Positions 39,268-49,148 of a DNA stretch of 64,000 nucleotides are shown here, one piece after another. Source of the stretch: Setoptus koraiensis. Taxonomy: Eukaryota > Animalia > Arthropoda. The first letter of the stretch is position 1, and each line of letters begins with the position of its first letter. Both the position numbers and the translations under genes were made by a program. The DNA is taken from assembly GCA_048013815.1 (NCBI GenBank), contig CM106585.1:22444001-22508000 (forward strand), in the 5' to 3' direction. The notes under the pieces are model-generated. The model had not been told where the DNA came from, ran no database searches, and was given only the letters and a program-made list of their open reading frames with translations.

Positions 39268-40794
39268 ATGGTAGATGAAGATTTACGTATACTCGCCCAT
39301 AAGTTATGTTGCGATTTCCTTAGCGGCCGATGGAACAGTGTTTCGCCCTCCGATATCAAAATAGAACCTGTTAGGTAAGTAAGATGAGTTTTTTTTCTAT
39401 AAGCGAAAATATCTTTCAAATATAGACCATATAATTAACCATTGGCATCTCGATCTACGGATATACTATCGAATAGTGGTGGCCTGAGCAATGTGCTTTA
39501 TTGCTGCTCTTTGCCTTCCACCCTAAATATCAAACAGAGTCATCCGAATCAGATTTTATTACGATTTTATGGACAATCTGTTGACAATGATGCTACAACC
39601 GGGTCAGTAATATTTATGTTGCTGTCTGAACGGAAACTGGGACCAAAGTTGTATGGTGTATTCTCTGGGGGTCGTCTGGAAGAATTCTTATCTGCGCGGC
39701 CACTTACACAAATAGAGATGAAAACTTCAGACATTTCGTCAGCTATTGCCAGAAAGATAGCCGATATACACAGCTTAGAAGTTCCAATCGGTAAGCGCCC
39801 GAGTTGGTTGTTTGATAGATGCATTGAATGGGCTGATTACATCAGCGAAAACGCTGATCTGGAGAAGACTTTGGTTAACGTCCAGGATAAATCGAGACAA
39901 GCTATCGTAAAAGATATTTTTAAAGTCAATTTTTATGACGAGATCCAGTGGCTTAGAGAAATCGTTGCTCGTTCTAACTCACCGGCTGTATTTTCTCATA
40001 ACGACTTATTAAGAGGAAATATCTTAATCCACGAGGAGTCCGAAAAGTTTAGAACTCTCTATCAGCGTTTGGTTTTGATTGACTTTGAGTATTGCAGTTA
40101 TAATTATAGAGGGTTTGATATTGCATGCCACTTTTGCGAATGGTGCTTTGATTATACCCGACCTGGTGCTGAACCATTCGGCGATGTAAGTCATTTTCCA
40201 GATGAACAACAGCAGAGAAAATTTGTTCACGAGTACCTCGATCAAGCCAGATTGCTATCCAACCAGAATATATCAAGTTACCCAACTGGGGACAGTGGCA
40301 TGGCATCGCCTTGTAATTTGTCTACAAATTCCTCAAACGACAAAAGTATCATCACTGCTCCTGATGATAGTACTTGCACATCTAATCTCAACGATACCGA
40401 TTGCAAATCTTTGAAAACTCAACCAATAGACTCAGCAAAGAAGCCTTCTATACAGGATAGTTTCAGCCTTTCTCAGAGTAACTCCATGTGGAACAAGTCC
40501 AAATGTGATTCGATCAATTGCAGCAATAGTGACGATCAGCCTAGCAAACAATGCACCTTCCCTGAAACATCGACCTTTAAAAAATTCAACAGTTGTATAA
40601 CTAAACAAGACGAAGATCTGCTTATGGAAGAAATCCAGCCTTTTATACAGTGTGCCCATTTGCTGTGGACATTGTGGTCCATCAAGAATGCATATTGTTC
40701 CGAAATTCAGTTCGATTACTGGAAGATGGCATCCGAAAAGTTGAAATTTTATATTGATGCGAAAAGAGTATATAAATGTAAGGGTGGAAACTAA
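39268..40794 (+). CDS. CHKA: Choline/ethanolamine kinase, 2 exons
   Basis: join(39268-39374,39477-40794) = 1425 nt in frame; S|GGLSN across the junction, LGPKLYGVF..GRLEEF, Brenner motif FSHNDLLRGNIL, LIDFEYCSYNYRGFDIACHFCEW, HLLWTLWS. CHKA versus CHKB is not resolvable. Confidence 0.9.
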
Positions 40795-41049
40795 CATCCT
40801 AATTCTTACTACAACTTGTGATCAATGTGGAGTGCGCTATCAACAAAATCTAAACTGTTGGTTGTTACAAAATATTCGGTGAGTTTATTTAATAAATCTC
40901 TATCTCTCCTCGCAATGAGGATGCATGGAGCAAAATCAATTACAGTCCACGAATACACTTTGTTGAGTTTTGTGTTGACATCCAAAGGAAACAGTCAATT
41001 TATTATTCACTCAGGAGAATTACCAAGCAACCAAACGGATGATGAAAAT

Positions 41050-42750
41050 TCACTTGGATTCATCAGGAGGTTCAGTAGCTGGACTTGGTTGGCGCGGTTT
41101 AGTCTCTGGATATATGAACGTGCCACTGTTAGTATTTATTTGCTTCGAGATTTCCCAATGATTATTCTCATCGTTGCTAACACTGCGATTACTCGGGCTT
41201 ATATGGTGATTGTTCCTCAAACAATTGTCGGGTATTAGGCTGTCCATCTTATTTCGGTGTTCTGACTGGAGATGACATCGATCTATACTTAAAGTGTGCA
41301 AGTAAAGTCTAGTTGGGTCGTTCGAGACACTCTTGATTAGGCTGTCTTTTGCGTTATTTGATAGTGATGATGTTGGCGAGCTATTCTTTGTTATCAAAGT
41401 TCTATTTGGAGCTGCAATGGAAGGTATCGTAAGAGAATCCTGACTGAGATCACTAACAGAAACTATACTTCCACTGATTGACGCTCTCCTCTTAAGCTGG
41501 CCTTTCTTCGTTCTACCGGTAGATGCGGCATTCAGCTCATAAACTGGGCCTTTTGGTTCCTTGGGTAATTCAACTGTGACGTCAACATCCTTGATTGAGC
41601 CATCATCGCAATCCATCGTGCTTTGCTTTCTATCTAAATTAAGCAGTCTATCTTGATCTGAAGACCTGAAGGAATCTGTGTCAGTATGAATAGTGTCTTG
41701 ATCGACACTAATGATAACAGACTGTATTTTTCGTAACTGAATCTTATAAGGTTTTATAATTGATATCTGACTGAGTATATTACTATGTGTAGGCCTCTTT
41801 CTGATGGTCAAGATTACTTCGGTGGAGAATTTCTTAACGAACTCCATAACGTTTGGCATGGTCCAACCAACTACTGTTTGATAATCAACTTGAACAATTT
41901 CGTCACCTTCGCAAATTCTGCCTGATCGATGAGAGGGAGATTGAAAGATAACTTGCTCTATGAGGTGAACGCCAAAACACAAAGACCTCAGAACTATACC
42001 ATACTCTTCATCGGGTTTCTTTTTAACGTTAACAACATCGAGGTAGGTGGGCTGAATGATCAAACTATCGTCTATGTTTCTGACAATGACATCACACTGA
42101 TTTGATAAACGTTGGGCTTTTACTTTCAAAATGTCATTCGGTTGCTCAACGAACTGATCTCTCTGAGCAGTCGAGGCTAATTCGATGCTTAAACGTAATA
42201 TTTCGCTCCTAATGGAGCTGTATAGAGGTATACCCACAAAAGGATATCTATCGAGCCAATAAATAAATGATTTAACACTTGCTAGAATACTTGAAACGCT
42301 GGATAGGGTCGCTAGGGACACGCGTTGTTCTCCAGGTTTGATACAACTCAACTGTGAGGCTGAATCTACTTTTGTGAAGTCAAAGTAATTTCTGTCATTG
42401 ATCGATGTACTAGATGAAGTAGCTTTTGGACTCGATTCATCCTGACATAGATGATTATACAGACAGCGCGCTTCGCAAGATAATTTTAAAGCTAGAACTT
42501 GCAGTGTCTCTGTTGCTACATTGTAGGTTAATTCTCTGAGTAGATTGACGGCATCTAGTATTAATTCTTGTGTTCCAACTTTCTTCAAGTTGAGGTGGTT
42601 GAGATCAGTGGCTGTCATCATTAATAGTTTGGAACCATTTATTCTCGAATTGAGAAACGATTCACTATGCGGCAGCACCGACTCGTCTAGACCACGTAGC
42701 CATTCTGCTACGTGTTCGGGGTTCCATTCTACTACATCCACCTGAGCCAT
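41050..42750 (-). CDS. cnk: Connector enhancer of KSR (CNK): SAM-CRIC-PDZ, no PH domain
   Basis: 566 aa; N-terminal SAM (VEWNPEHVAEWLRGLD...INGSKLL), CRIC (WLDRYPF), PDZ (EEYGIVLRS...RICEGDEIVQVDYQTVVGW); intronless. Confidence 0.88.
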   Translation of the reverse strand: MAQVDVVEWNPEHVAEWLRGLDESVLPHSESFLNSRINGSKLLMMTATDLNHLNLKKVGTQELILDAVNLLRELTYNVATETLQVLALKLSCEARCLYNHLCQDESSPKATSSSTSINDRNYFDFTKVDSASQLSCIKPGEQRVSLATLSSVSSILASVKSFIYWLDRYPFVGIPLYSSIRSEILRLSIELASTAQRDQFVEQPNDILKVKAQRLSNQCDVIVRNIDDSLIIQPTYLDVVNVKKKPDEEYGIVLRSLCFGVHLIEQVIFQSPSHRSGRICEGDEIVQVDYQTVVGWTMPNVMEFVKKFSTEVILTIRKRPTHSNILSQISIIKPYKIQLRKIQSVIISVDQDTIHTDTDSFRSSDQDRLLNLDRKQSTMDCDDGSIKDVDVTVELPKEPKGPVYELNAASTGRTKKGQLKRRASISGSIVSVSDLSQDSLTIPSIAAPNRTLITKNSSPTSSLSNNAKDSLIKSVSNDPTRLYLHTLSIDRCHLQSEHRNKMDSLIPDNCLRNNHHISPSNRSVSNDENNHWEISKQINTNSGTFIYPETKPRQPSPATEPPDESK

Positions 42751-42928
42751 CTTCTCAACAGCTTATCAAGGTTTCCATTATAAATAATATACAAAATGCA
42801 CAATTACAGGCTTGACTATCGATCAGCTGCATGATTCCATCTTGTGAAAATGATTTTACACATTGGATATCCGAAAAGTTTCGAAAAACCACGCGGGGAA
42901 TTCAAAATCAAGTCAAAATTCAATTTTA

Positions 42929-42938
42929 CCGCGCGAAA
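42929..42938 (-). promoter_or_regulatory. E2F-like site in the divergent cnk/SDHAF4 promoter
   Basis: TTTCGCGCGG on the - strand matches the TTTSSCGC consensus; motif match only. Confidence 0.35.
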
Positions 42939-43034
42939 ATGAAGTGAATATAGCGAAAACGTGAGCATTTCTCGCACTTGGATAAATTCTCATTTGGATG
43001 AATTTAACTGTACATATTACGAAAAAACATCAAA

Positions 43035-43367
43035 ATGATTCTTGTCAGATGCACCATCAGATCCTGTCAGGTCTTCGAGCTGACTGTGAGAACAATATCT
43101 CGCTCAGCATCGTCTTCAGGATCCAAACCACCGAAAGAAGAAGAAAAAGTAGATGACCCAAGAACTCATTATTATCCCAATACCTCTGTCGGTATTGCAG
43201 AAAGATCAACCAAACCTGATAAAAAAGGTGTCCAACCTCTTCAAACGCCCATCCCACCGTTTCCCGGTGGAAAGAACCCAAAGACTGGCGAGGTAGGTGG
43301 GCCCGCAGGACCAGAGCCAACTAGATTTGGCGATTGGGAGCGTAAAGGAAGAGTTTCAGATTTTTGA
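43035..43367 (+). CDS. SDHAF4: Succinate dehydrogenase assembly factor 4
   Basis: 110 aa, mitochondrial-presequence-like N-terminus, C-terminal signature NPKTGEVGGPAGPEPTRFGDWERKGRVSDF. Confidence 0.95.
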   Translation: MILVRCTIRSCQVFELTVRTISRSASSSGSKPPKEEEKVDDPRTHYYPNTSVGIAERSTKPDKKGVQPLQTPIPPFPGGKNPKTGEVGGPAGPEPTRFGDWERKGRVSDF

Positions 43368-43433
43368 AGGTCAAGAGCCATTGGAATAAACGCACTCAGT
43401 ATGCTGTTGTATGTATTACTTTTTTTATCTTTT

Positions 43434-45545
43434 CTACGTAGAGGGGTATGCTCTGCGTGACAATTCTACCAATTCATCACTTTGGAAATCTCTCCTTATG
43501 GGATCGAGAAGCTTATTGATGTAATTGGATACTTGTATTTTCAAGTCAGAGTCCTTAATCTCTCCTTTGGCAAAGTCATTTGTCAAGATATCAAAGTCCT
43601 CGTATTTCGTCTCGTGATCCGATTTACTTACAGTAAATTCATTGAACAAAGGTAAAATAACATGTTGCACAAATGCAAGAAGACCGTTTTCACTCTTGTC
43701 ACCAGGCTCACATTTCGGGCAGCTGGCATTCTGAAGTTTCATTTTCACTACTTCTGGACTATCGAGCAGATCTATCTTCGAATCAACTTCAGATGCACTC
43801 ATTTTTCCACCGGATAAACCAGGTACCATGGGATTCATTAGATGGACTCTTTTGGGGTAGCCAATTGAAGGGAGATATTTTTCCGCATATGTAAAAATTT
43901 TTCTTTGGTCAACGCCTCCAAACTGAGCATCACAATCGAGGTACTGTTCATCTAAAGCTTGTAACAAAGGATACAGAAGACTACCAATCAGAGGGTGATC
44001 AGACTGCTTGACTACCTCGGCACCGGCTTTTTTCGCATCGTGTAGAGTTGTCTGGGACACTAGGCTAAACAAATCGCGACTGAATTCTCTACTTAGTTCA
44101 AATTCAGTTCCACGAACAAATTTAAGTTTTGATATTGGCACCTGTATTGATTTTAGCATACTAATTATCACCGCCTTATAATATTGCGTCCTGGCTTCAA
44201 GCAAGTCCCATGGTGCTTTCTGATTGTCCAAATATCCGTGTAGATCCGCGAGTAGAATTGTAACATGGCAATCTGCTCGTAGGAAGTCAGCGATCTTGGA
44301 CATAGGTACGAAATAAGCGACATGGGGACGTCCGGTTGTTGCTGTGCCCCAGTATATCCTAAGATTGCGCTCATGGAGGATTGTCTCCAGTGTTTCGCGC
44401 TGTAAAACCTCCTCTAATCTTCGAGTGATAAGTTTAGCTCGTTCCTCGAAACTGAGAAGTGGCTTATCGGGGTTGATAATTGTTAAAGAGGGTTCAGGTT
44501 TTTTGTTCGATTCTTTCTTTGGCTTTGTTGGATATGCTGCTTGTACCATCGCAATAAGATCTTCAGTTTCAAATTTACTTCTGATAGGATCGATTAACTT
44601 ATTTACGTAGGCTTCAACGCCCATCTTAATATCACCTGGATGAAGCAAGGATTTAGCAAAGTCATCTTCCAACTTATCATAATCCGCATAGTGTATGGGA
44701 CCACCATACTTTTCTAATCTATCCACGTCGAACTTTCCGAAGAGAGGAAAGATGATGTGCTTGACTAAAGGTAAAACCCCGTTGTCAACGATGTTGCCAG
44801 GTTCACAAAAAGCCTTATTGAGTTTCTTCTTAACTATCTTTGGTCCATCTAACAAGTCGATAATGGTGTCTTCTTCGGGCACAGTTGCACTTTTGCTACC
44901 TAGAAGACCCTGTATTATTGGATGCATCAGATGAAGTCTTTTAGAATAGCCGATAGCGGGTAGACTTTTTTCAGAGAAGGCGAAAATCTTTCTTTGATTT
45001 GTACCCCCTAATTGGGCATCAACCCCAAGGAATTCTTCATCTAGGGCCTGAAGGAGTGGATAAACCAATCCTCCCATGAGAGGGTGCTTGATTTGTTTAA
45101 CGACCTCATCTCCTGCGTCATTAGCAACGTCAATTTGTGTAGAACCGGCGAGCTTATAGAAACTCAACATTGCTTTACCGTCCAATTCTAGTTCAGTTCC
45201 TCGAACAAATTTCAACTTAGCTAGTGGAGCATCAATGGACTGTAGCATACTTGTAATGATTTGTTCATAGTAATCAGTTCGGATGCTAAGAAGATCTAAG
45301 GGTACTTTGTGGTTGGCTAAATGTCCATGCAAATCAGCTAATAGTATTTTAACTTCGCAATCGGCTCGCAAAAAATCTGCTATCTTCGACAAAGGTAAGA
45401 AAGAGCTGATATGAGGTCTGGACCCAATAGCCGTACCCCAGTAGACAGTGAGATTTTTTTCATGAAGAATCGTTTCCAAGGACTCCAGATCGATAAATTC
45501 GTGAAGATTCCTTGTTATTAGATTGACCTTGGTTTGGATATCCAT
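43434..45545 (-). CDS. YARS1: Cytoplasmic tyrosyl-tRNA synthetase, double-length (two tandem TyrRS units), no EMAP-II domain
   Basis: Single uninterrupted 703-aa ORF. Unit 1 is about aa 1-340 (45545-44526), then a ~25-aa K/P-rich linker, then unit 2 from ~44453 to 43434. Both units align to eukaryotic mini-TyrRS (ITRxLxE, YWGTA, KQxx[14 protein letters not shown], KLxDPIR, AYP). Confidence 0.96.
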   Translation of the reverse strand: MDIQTKVNLITRNLHEFIDLESLETILHEKNLTVYWGTAIGSRPHISSFLPLSKIADFLRADCEVKILLADLHGHLANHKVPLDLLSIRTDYYEQIITSMLQSIDAPLAKLKFVRGTELELDGKAMLSFYKLAGSTQIDVANDAGDEVVKQIKHPLMGGLVYPLLQALDEEFLGVDAQLGGTNQRKIFAFSEKSLPAIGYSKRLHLMHPIIQGLLGSKSATVPEEDTIIDLLDGPKIVKKKLNKAFCEPGNIVDNGVLPLVKHIIFPLFGKFDVDRLEKYGGPIHYADYDKLEDDFAKSLLHPGDIKMGVEAYVNKLIDPIRSKFETEDLIAMVQAAYPTKPKKESNKKPEPSLTIINPDKPLLSFEERAKLITRRLEEVLQRETLETILHERNLRIYWGTATTGRPHVAYFVPMSKIADFLRADCHVTILLADLHGYLDNQKAPWDLLEARTQYYKAVIISMLKSIQVPISKLKFVRGTEFELSREFSRDLFSLVSQTTLHDAKKAGAEVVKQSDHPLIGSLLYPLLQALDEQYLDCDAQFGGVDQRKIFTYAEKYLPSIGYPKRVHLMNPMVPGLSGGKMSASEVDSKIDLLDSPEVVKMKLQNASCPKCEPGDKSENGLLAFVQHVILPLFNEFTVSKSDHETKYEDFDILTNDFAKGEIKDSDLKIQVSNYINKLLDPIRRDFQSDELVELSRRAYPST

Positions 45546-46005
45546 TATCTGCTGTGATATGTTGCTTATATTTCCTAATTTTCTTTTAATAATTCATAAA
45601 AGATTTTCCAATAACTTGGTGGTATAGTGAGAAAAAATAAATATATTATAAGTTTTATCGGAACAAATCATCCCCTCCGTGGCCTGACATGTCCGGCTTT
45701 TTAGTAAATATTGCCACCTGTCTGTCACGCTTACTAAACTACTCCTAAACGCAGCGCAAATCTTTAGTGCTACTATTTGGCAGAAGCCTTCCCTGATCCA
45801 CTTACACAATATGAACCACGTGGACTAAATGAAGGCAAAATGTATGGAGGTTGATAGTTTTGTCCGCTAGGCGAAATCGAGAGTCAAACTTCGCATAAAT
45901 CAACTAAAGCAAAGCGACATCTCTCATAGAATTCTCTAGTTAAAGTTTGCGCCCGCCTGGTTTTCGAGTGCGACACTATCACTGGAAGGGATCACAAAGA
46001 AGCAA

Positions 46006-46014
46006 TTTCGCGCC
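46006..46014 (+). promoter_or_regulatory. E2F site upstream of PRIM1 (divergent YARS1/PRIM1 promoter)
   Basis: TTTCGCGCC about 160 bp upstream of the PRIM1 ATG; replication genes are typical E2F targets. Confidence 0.45.
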
Positions 46015-46170
46015 AACATGGCAAAAGCATAACATTTGGACCCGTGATACAGTCACCAGTATTATGATAAGAGGCACGGAAGAACTTATCTCTCCTAAAT
46101 GATTTATATCAAAGGGGCTTCTTTTATCAACTAGACATCGTATAAAAATAACTCGTCGGTCTTCTTAGAT

Positions 46171-47361
46171 ATGGACGATCTTAAAACTTATTATACGCAG
46201 CATTTTCCTCACCAACTTCTTTATAGGTGGATCAACTACGGTGATGGTGAGTTATATAAATGTGACGATAGTCTAATTTTTTTCTAATCTACATTAAAAA
46301 AAACAAACAAACTAATGGCAGCAATATTTCTCTAAACAGGCGTCAAAACTGATTTCTCAAGACGAGAGTTCTCTTTTACCCTGCCCGGAGATATCTACAT
46401 GAGATTCCTATCCTTTGATGATATACACGAGATGAAGAGTAGAATAATTAACAGGTGTCCGATAAAGATAGATATTGGAGCAGTGTATAACATGAAACCT
46501 AGAGATGCCAAGTTGAACCATGGGCTAAACTTTAAAGCAGAAGAACACGAACTTGTATTTGATATAGACATATCTGATTATGATGATGTGAGGAATTGCT
46601 GCAAGGAATCGCAGATGTGCCAAAAATGTTGGCCATTCATGAGGCTAGGTGCAAAAATACTACACCATATATTAACGAGAGATTTTGGTTTTAAACATCT
46701 GTTATTTGTATATTCAGGAAGAAGAGGGTTCCATTGTTGGGTCTGCGACAAAAGAGCTAGAATGCTATCGTCAAAGGCTAGGTCAGCCATTGCATCTTAC
46801 TTATCTCTCATAGAGGGAGGCCAGTCGATGGTTAAGAGAGTTACATTCGACCCCAGAAACAATCTCCATCCTCTGATAGAGGAATCGGTCAAGATAATAG
46901 ACACTGAATTTGATGATCTTATGTTAGTTAATCAAGATTTCTTAGGAACAGACCACCTTATGCAGACTCTCATAGACCTCTGTCTCGACATTACCATGCA
47001 AGAAAAATTTCGTGAATTGAAACTTCAGCATTTGACAACAACAACTGCTTGGAACCATGTCTTGAAAGCTTCAGAGGCAAGAAATAAGTTTAAGGGCGGT
47101 AAGCATACCCACTTCATCAAGGAGATCAAGATCCAACACTGTTTTCCCCGTCTGGACGTCAACGTCACTAGGGGATTGAACCATTTATTGAAAATACCCT
47201 TCTGCATTCATCCTAAAACAGGCAACGTCTGCGTACCATTCAGCATAGACACAGTTGACAATTTCGATCCTACCAAAGTTCCAAACATCAAAGATCAAGA
47301 AAATTGGAATGAGTCGAAAATTCTGCTGCCTTATTTGCAAGTGATGAAAGATTTTGTAGGT
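46171..47361 (+). CDS. PRIM1: DNA primase small subunit (3' end lost in the assembly gap)
   Basis: join(46171-46246,46340-47361); RREFSFTL, PIKIDIG, ELVFDIDISDYDDVRNCC, YSGRRGFHCWV, FPRLDVNV, HLLKIPFCIHPKTG. Confidence 0.95.
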
Positions 47362-47861
47362 NNNNNNNNNNNNNNNNNNNNNNNNNNNNNNNNNNNNNNN
47401 NNNNNNNNNNNNNNNNNNNNNNNNNNNNNNNNNNNNNNNNNNNNNNNNNNNNNNNNNNNNNNNNNNNNNNNNNNNNNNNNNNNNNNNNNNNNNNNNNNNN
47501 NNNNNNNNNNNNNNNNNNNNNNNNNNNNNNNNNNNNNNNNNNNNNNNNNNNNNNNNNNNNNNNNNNNNNNNNNNNNNNNNNNNNNNNNNNNNNNNNNNNN
47601 NNNNNNNNNNNNNNNNNNNNNNNNNNNNNNNNNNNNNNNNNNNNNNNNNNNNNNNNNNNNNNNNNNNNNNNNNNNNNNNNNNNNNNNNNNNNNNNNNNNN
47701 NNNNNNNNNNNNNNNNNNNNNNNNNNNNNNNNNNNNNNNNNNNNNNNNNNNNNNNNNNNNNNNNNNNNNNNNNNNNNNNNNNNNNNNNNNNNNNNNNNNN
47801 NNNNNNNNNNNNNNNNNNNNNNNNNNNNNNNNNNNNNNNNNNNNNNNNNNNNNNNNNNNNN
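47362..47861. other. Assembly gap (500 N)
   Basis: Exactly 500 N, a placeholder size; the true distance is unknown. Confidence 1.
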
Positions 47862-47899
47862 TATACAGCTAGCCTTTACTATACTATTTGTTGCTACAA

Positions 47900-48950
47900 T
47901 TTGTCAAGCGTGACTGATACAAACTTATGCCTATGCTCGTATCTCTCCTTCACAACGGCTGCTAGAGGCACAACTTGAGGAATTAACTTGAATGTGTATT
48001 GGTTCTTCATCGGTATCAGAATCTGCCACCGCAGATAATGAATTCGCTATATTGGTTAATATTGTTTTGCCTAATCGGGCCAGGGCTACGACGGCCACTT
48101 TCTCACACCGATTCTGATACCGAGGTAGCAACAAATAGTATTTGAAATAAAACTCTTCTGAAGCAGTCTAAAATGCCTTTCTGATGCTCTCGGGAGCATC
48201 TCTAGTGATATCTCAGAGGGTCTGAATCTTTAGAAATTTTATCGATTTATTGCAAAAAGTCGGGAAAAAACGGGGCTAGGTATAGACCCATTTTGCTCAG
48301 CTCCTCAAGCTGAGTCGATCTAGGCTAACGAGGACTCAATCTGAGTCTATCAGCTGGTTTGTAAGTTGGACATGAGAACTCCACTGTACATTTCGATTTT
48401 GTGCACAGTTTCGAACGTTCTCAACACTCGAACATCTCAACAAGCCTCACACCCAATATGCGGCGGCACGTCAGGGGCGGAAGCGGGCCTGAGTGCCGAA
48501 CTGACTTGAGCTTGATATTGTTCTAATATGGAATGACCTGGATATTCTCTTTCTTCTAGATGGGAGAATCTGTCTATAATCAATTGAAGTATCATCAGAC
48601 CCTCCAGTCTTAGGTCATCAATAGATAAGGTTGCGGCGACAAATGACATTCTTATAAGATCCGACAGATTGTTCACTAAAAAATTATATTTTGTATTGAT
48701 TTGTCGCGTTGATAGACGATTTAGGTGAGTCTGGTAGTAATTCGTATGATCACAAGTACCGTCATTTTCGCTTGAATATATTTCTATGAGACCTTTCAAT
48801 ACTGACATTGCTTAGATCCTAGTCGTCCATCTGGGCGATCGGCCTATCTGTTTCTCATCTGAGGCCTTAAATGACTCACCTAGGTCCTCTGCACCGTCTT
48901 TGTCATCTGGAATGTTCTCTAATTCACTTTTGCTGTTCAAGGTAGCCAGT
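47900..48950 (-). pseudogene. HEATR5 (HEATR5A/B, Laa1 family) pseudogene fragment
   Basis: PRWTTRI*A (canonical PRWATRVFA) and LSDLIRMSFVAAT...EYPGHSILEQYQAQVSSALRPA...EAC*; in-frame stops and loss of frame downstream. Best support is at 48430-48900. Confidence 0.75.
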
Positions 48951-49148
48951 TCGTTGGACAGTGCCAGCTCAGAGGTATAAGCCGAAAATTTTTATTTTTC
49001 GACTGTCAATGGTTTTGAGCTCTACCCTAGTAGAGCGATCTTTCTATGTTCTAAAAAAGCGAAAAAAAGTGCTCTGTGACCAACACGAGATGAGCTCTGG
49101 GTGTTACATTGAGGGGTCCCAGTCGTTGAGCATGTGCGCTTCTGTGCG

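Noticed and set aside
46399-47913. 504-aa ORF running through X residues
   Set aside because: Artefact of translating the N gap; sequence after the gap is not PRIM1.
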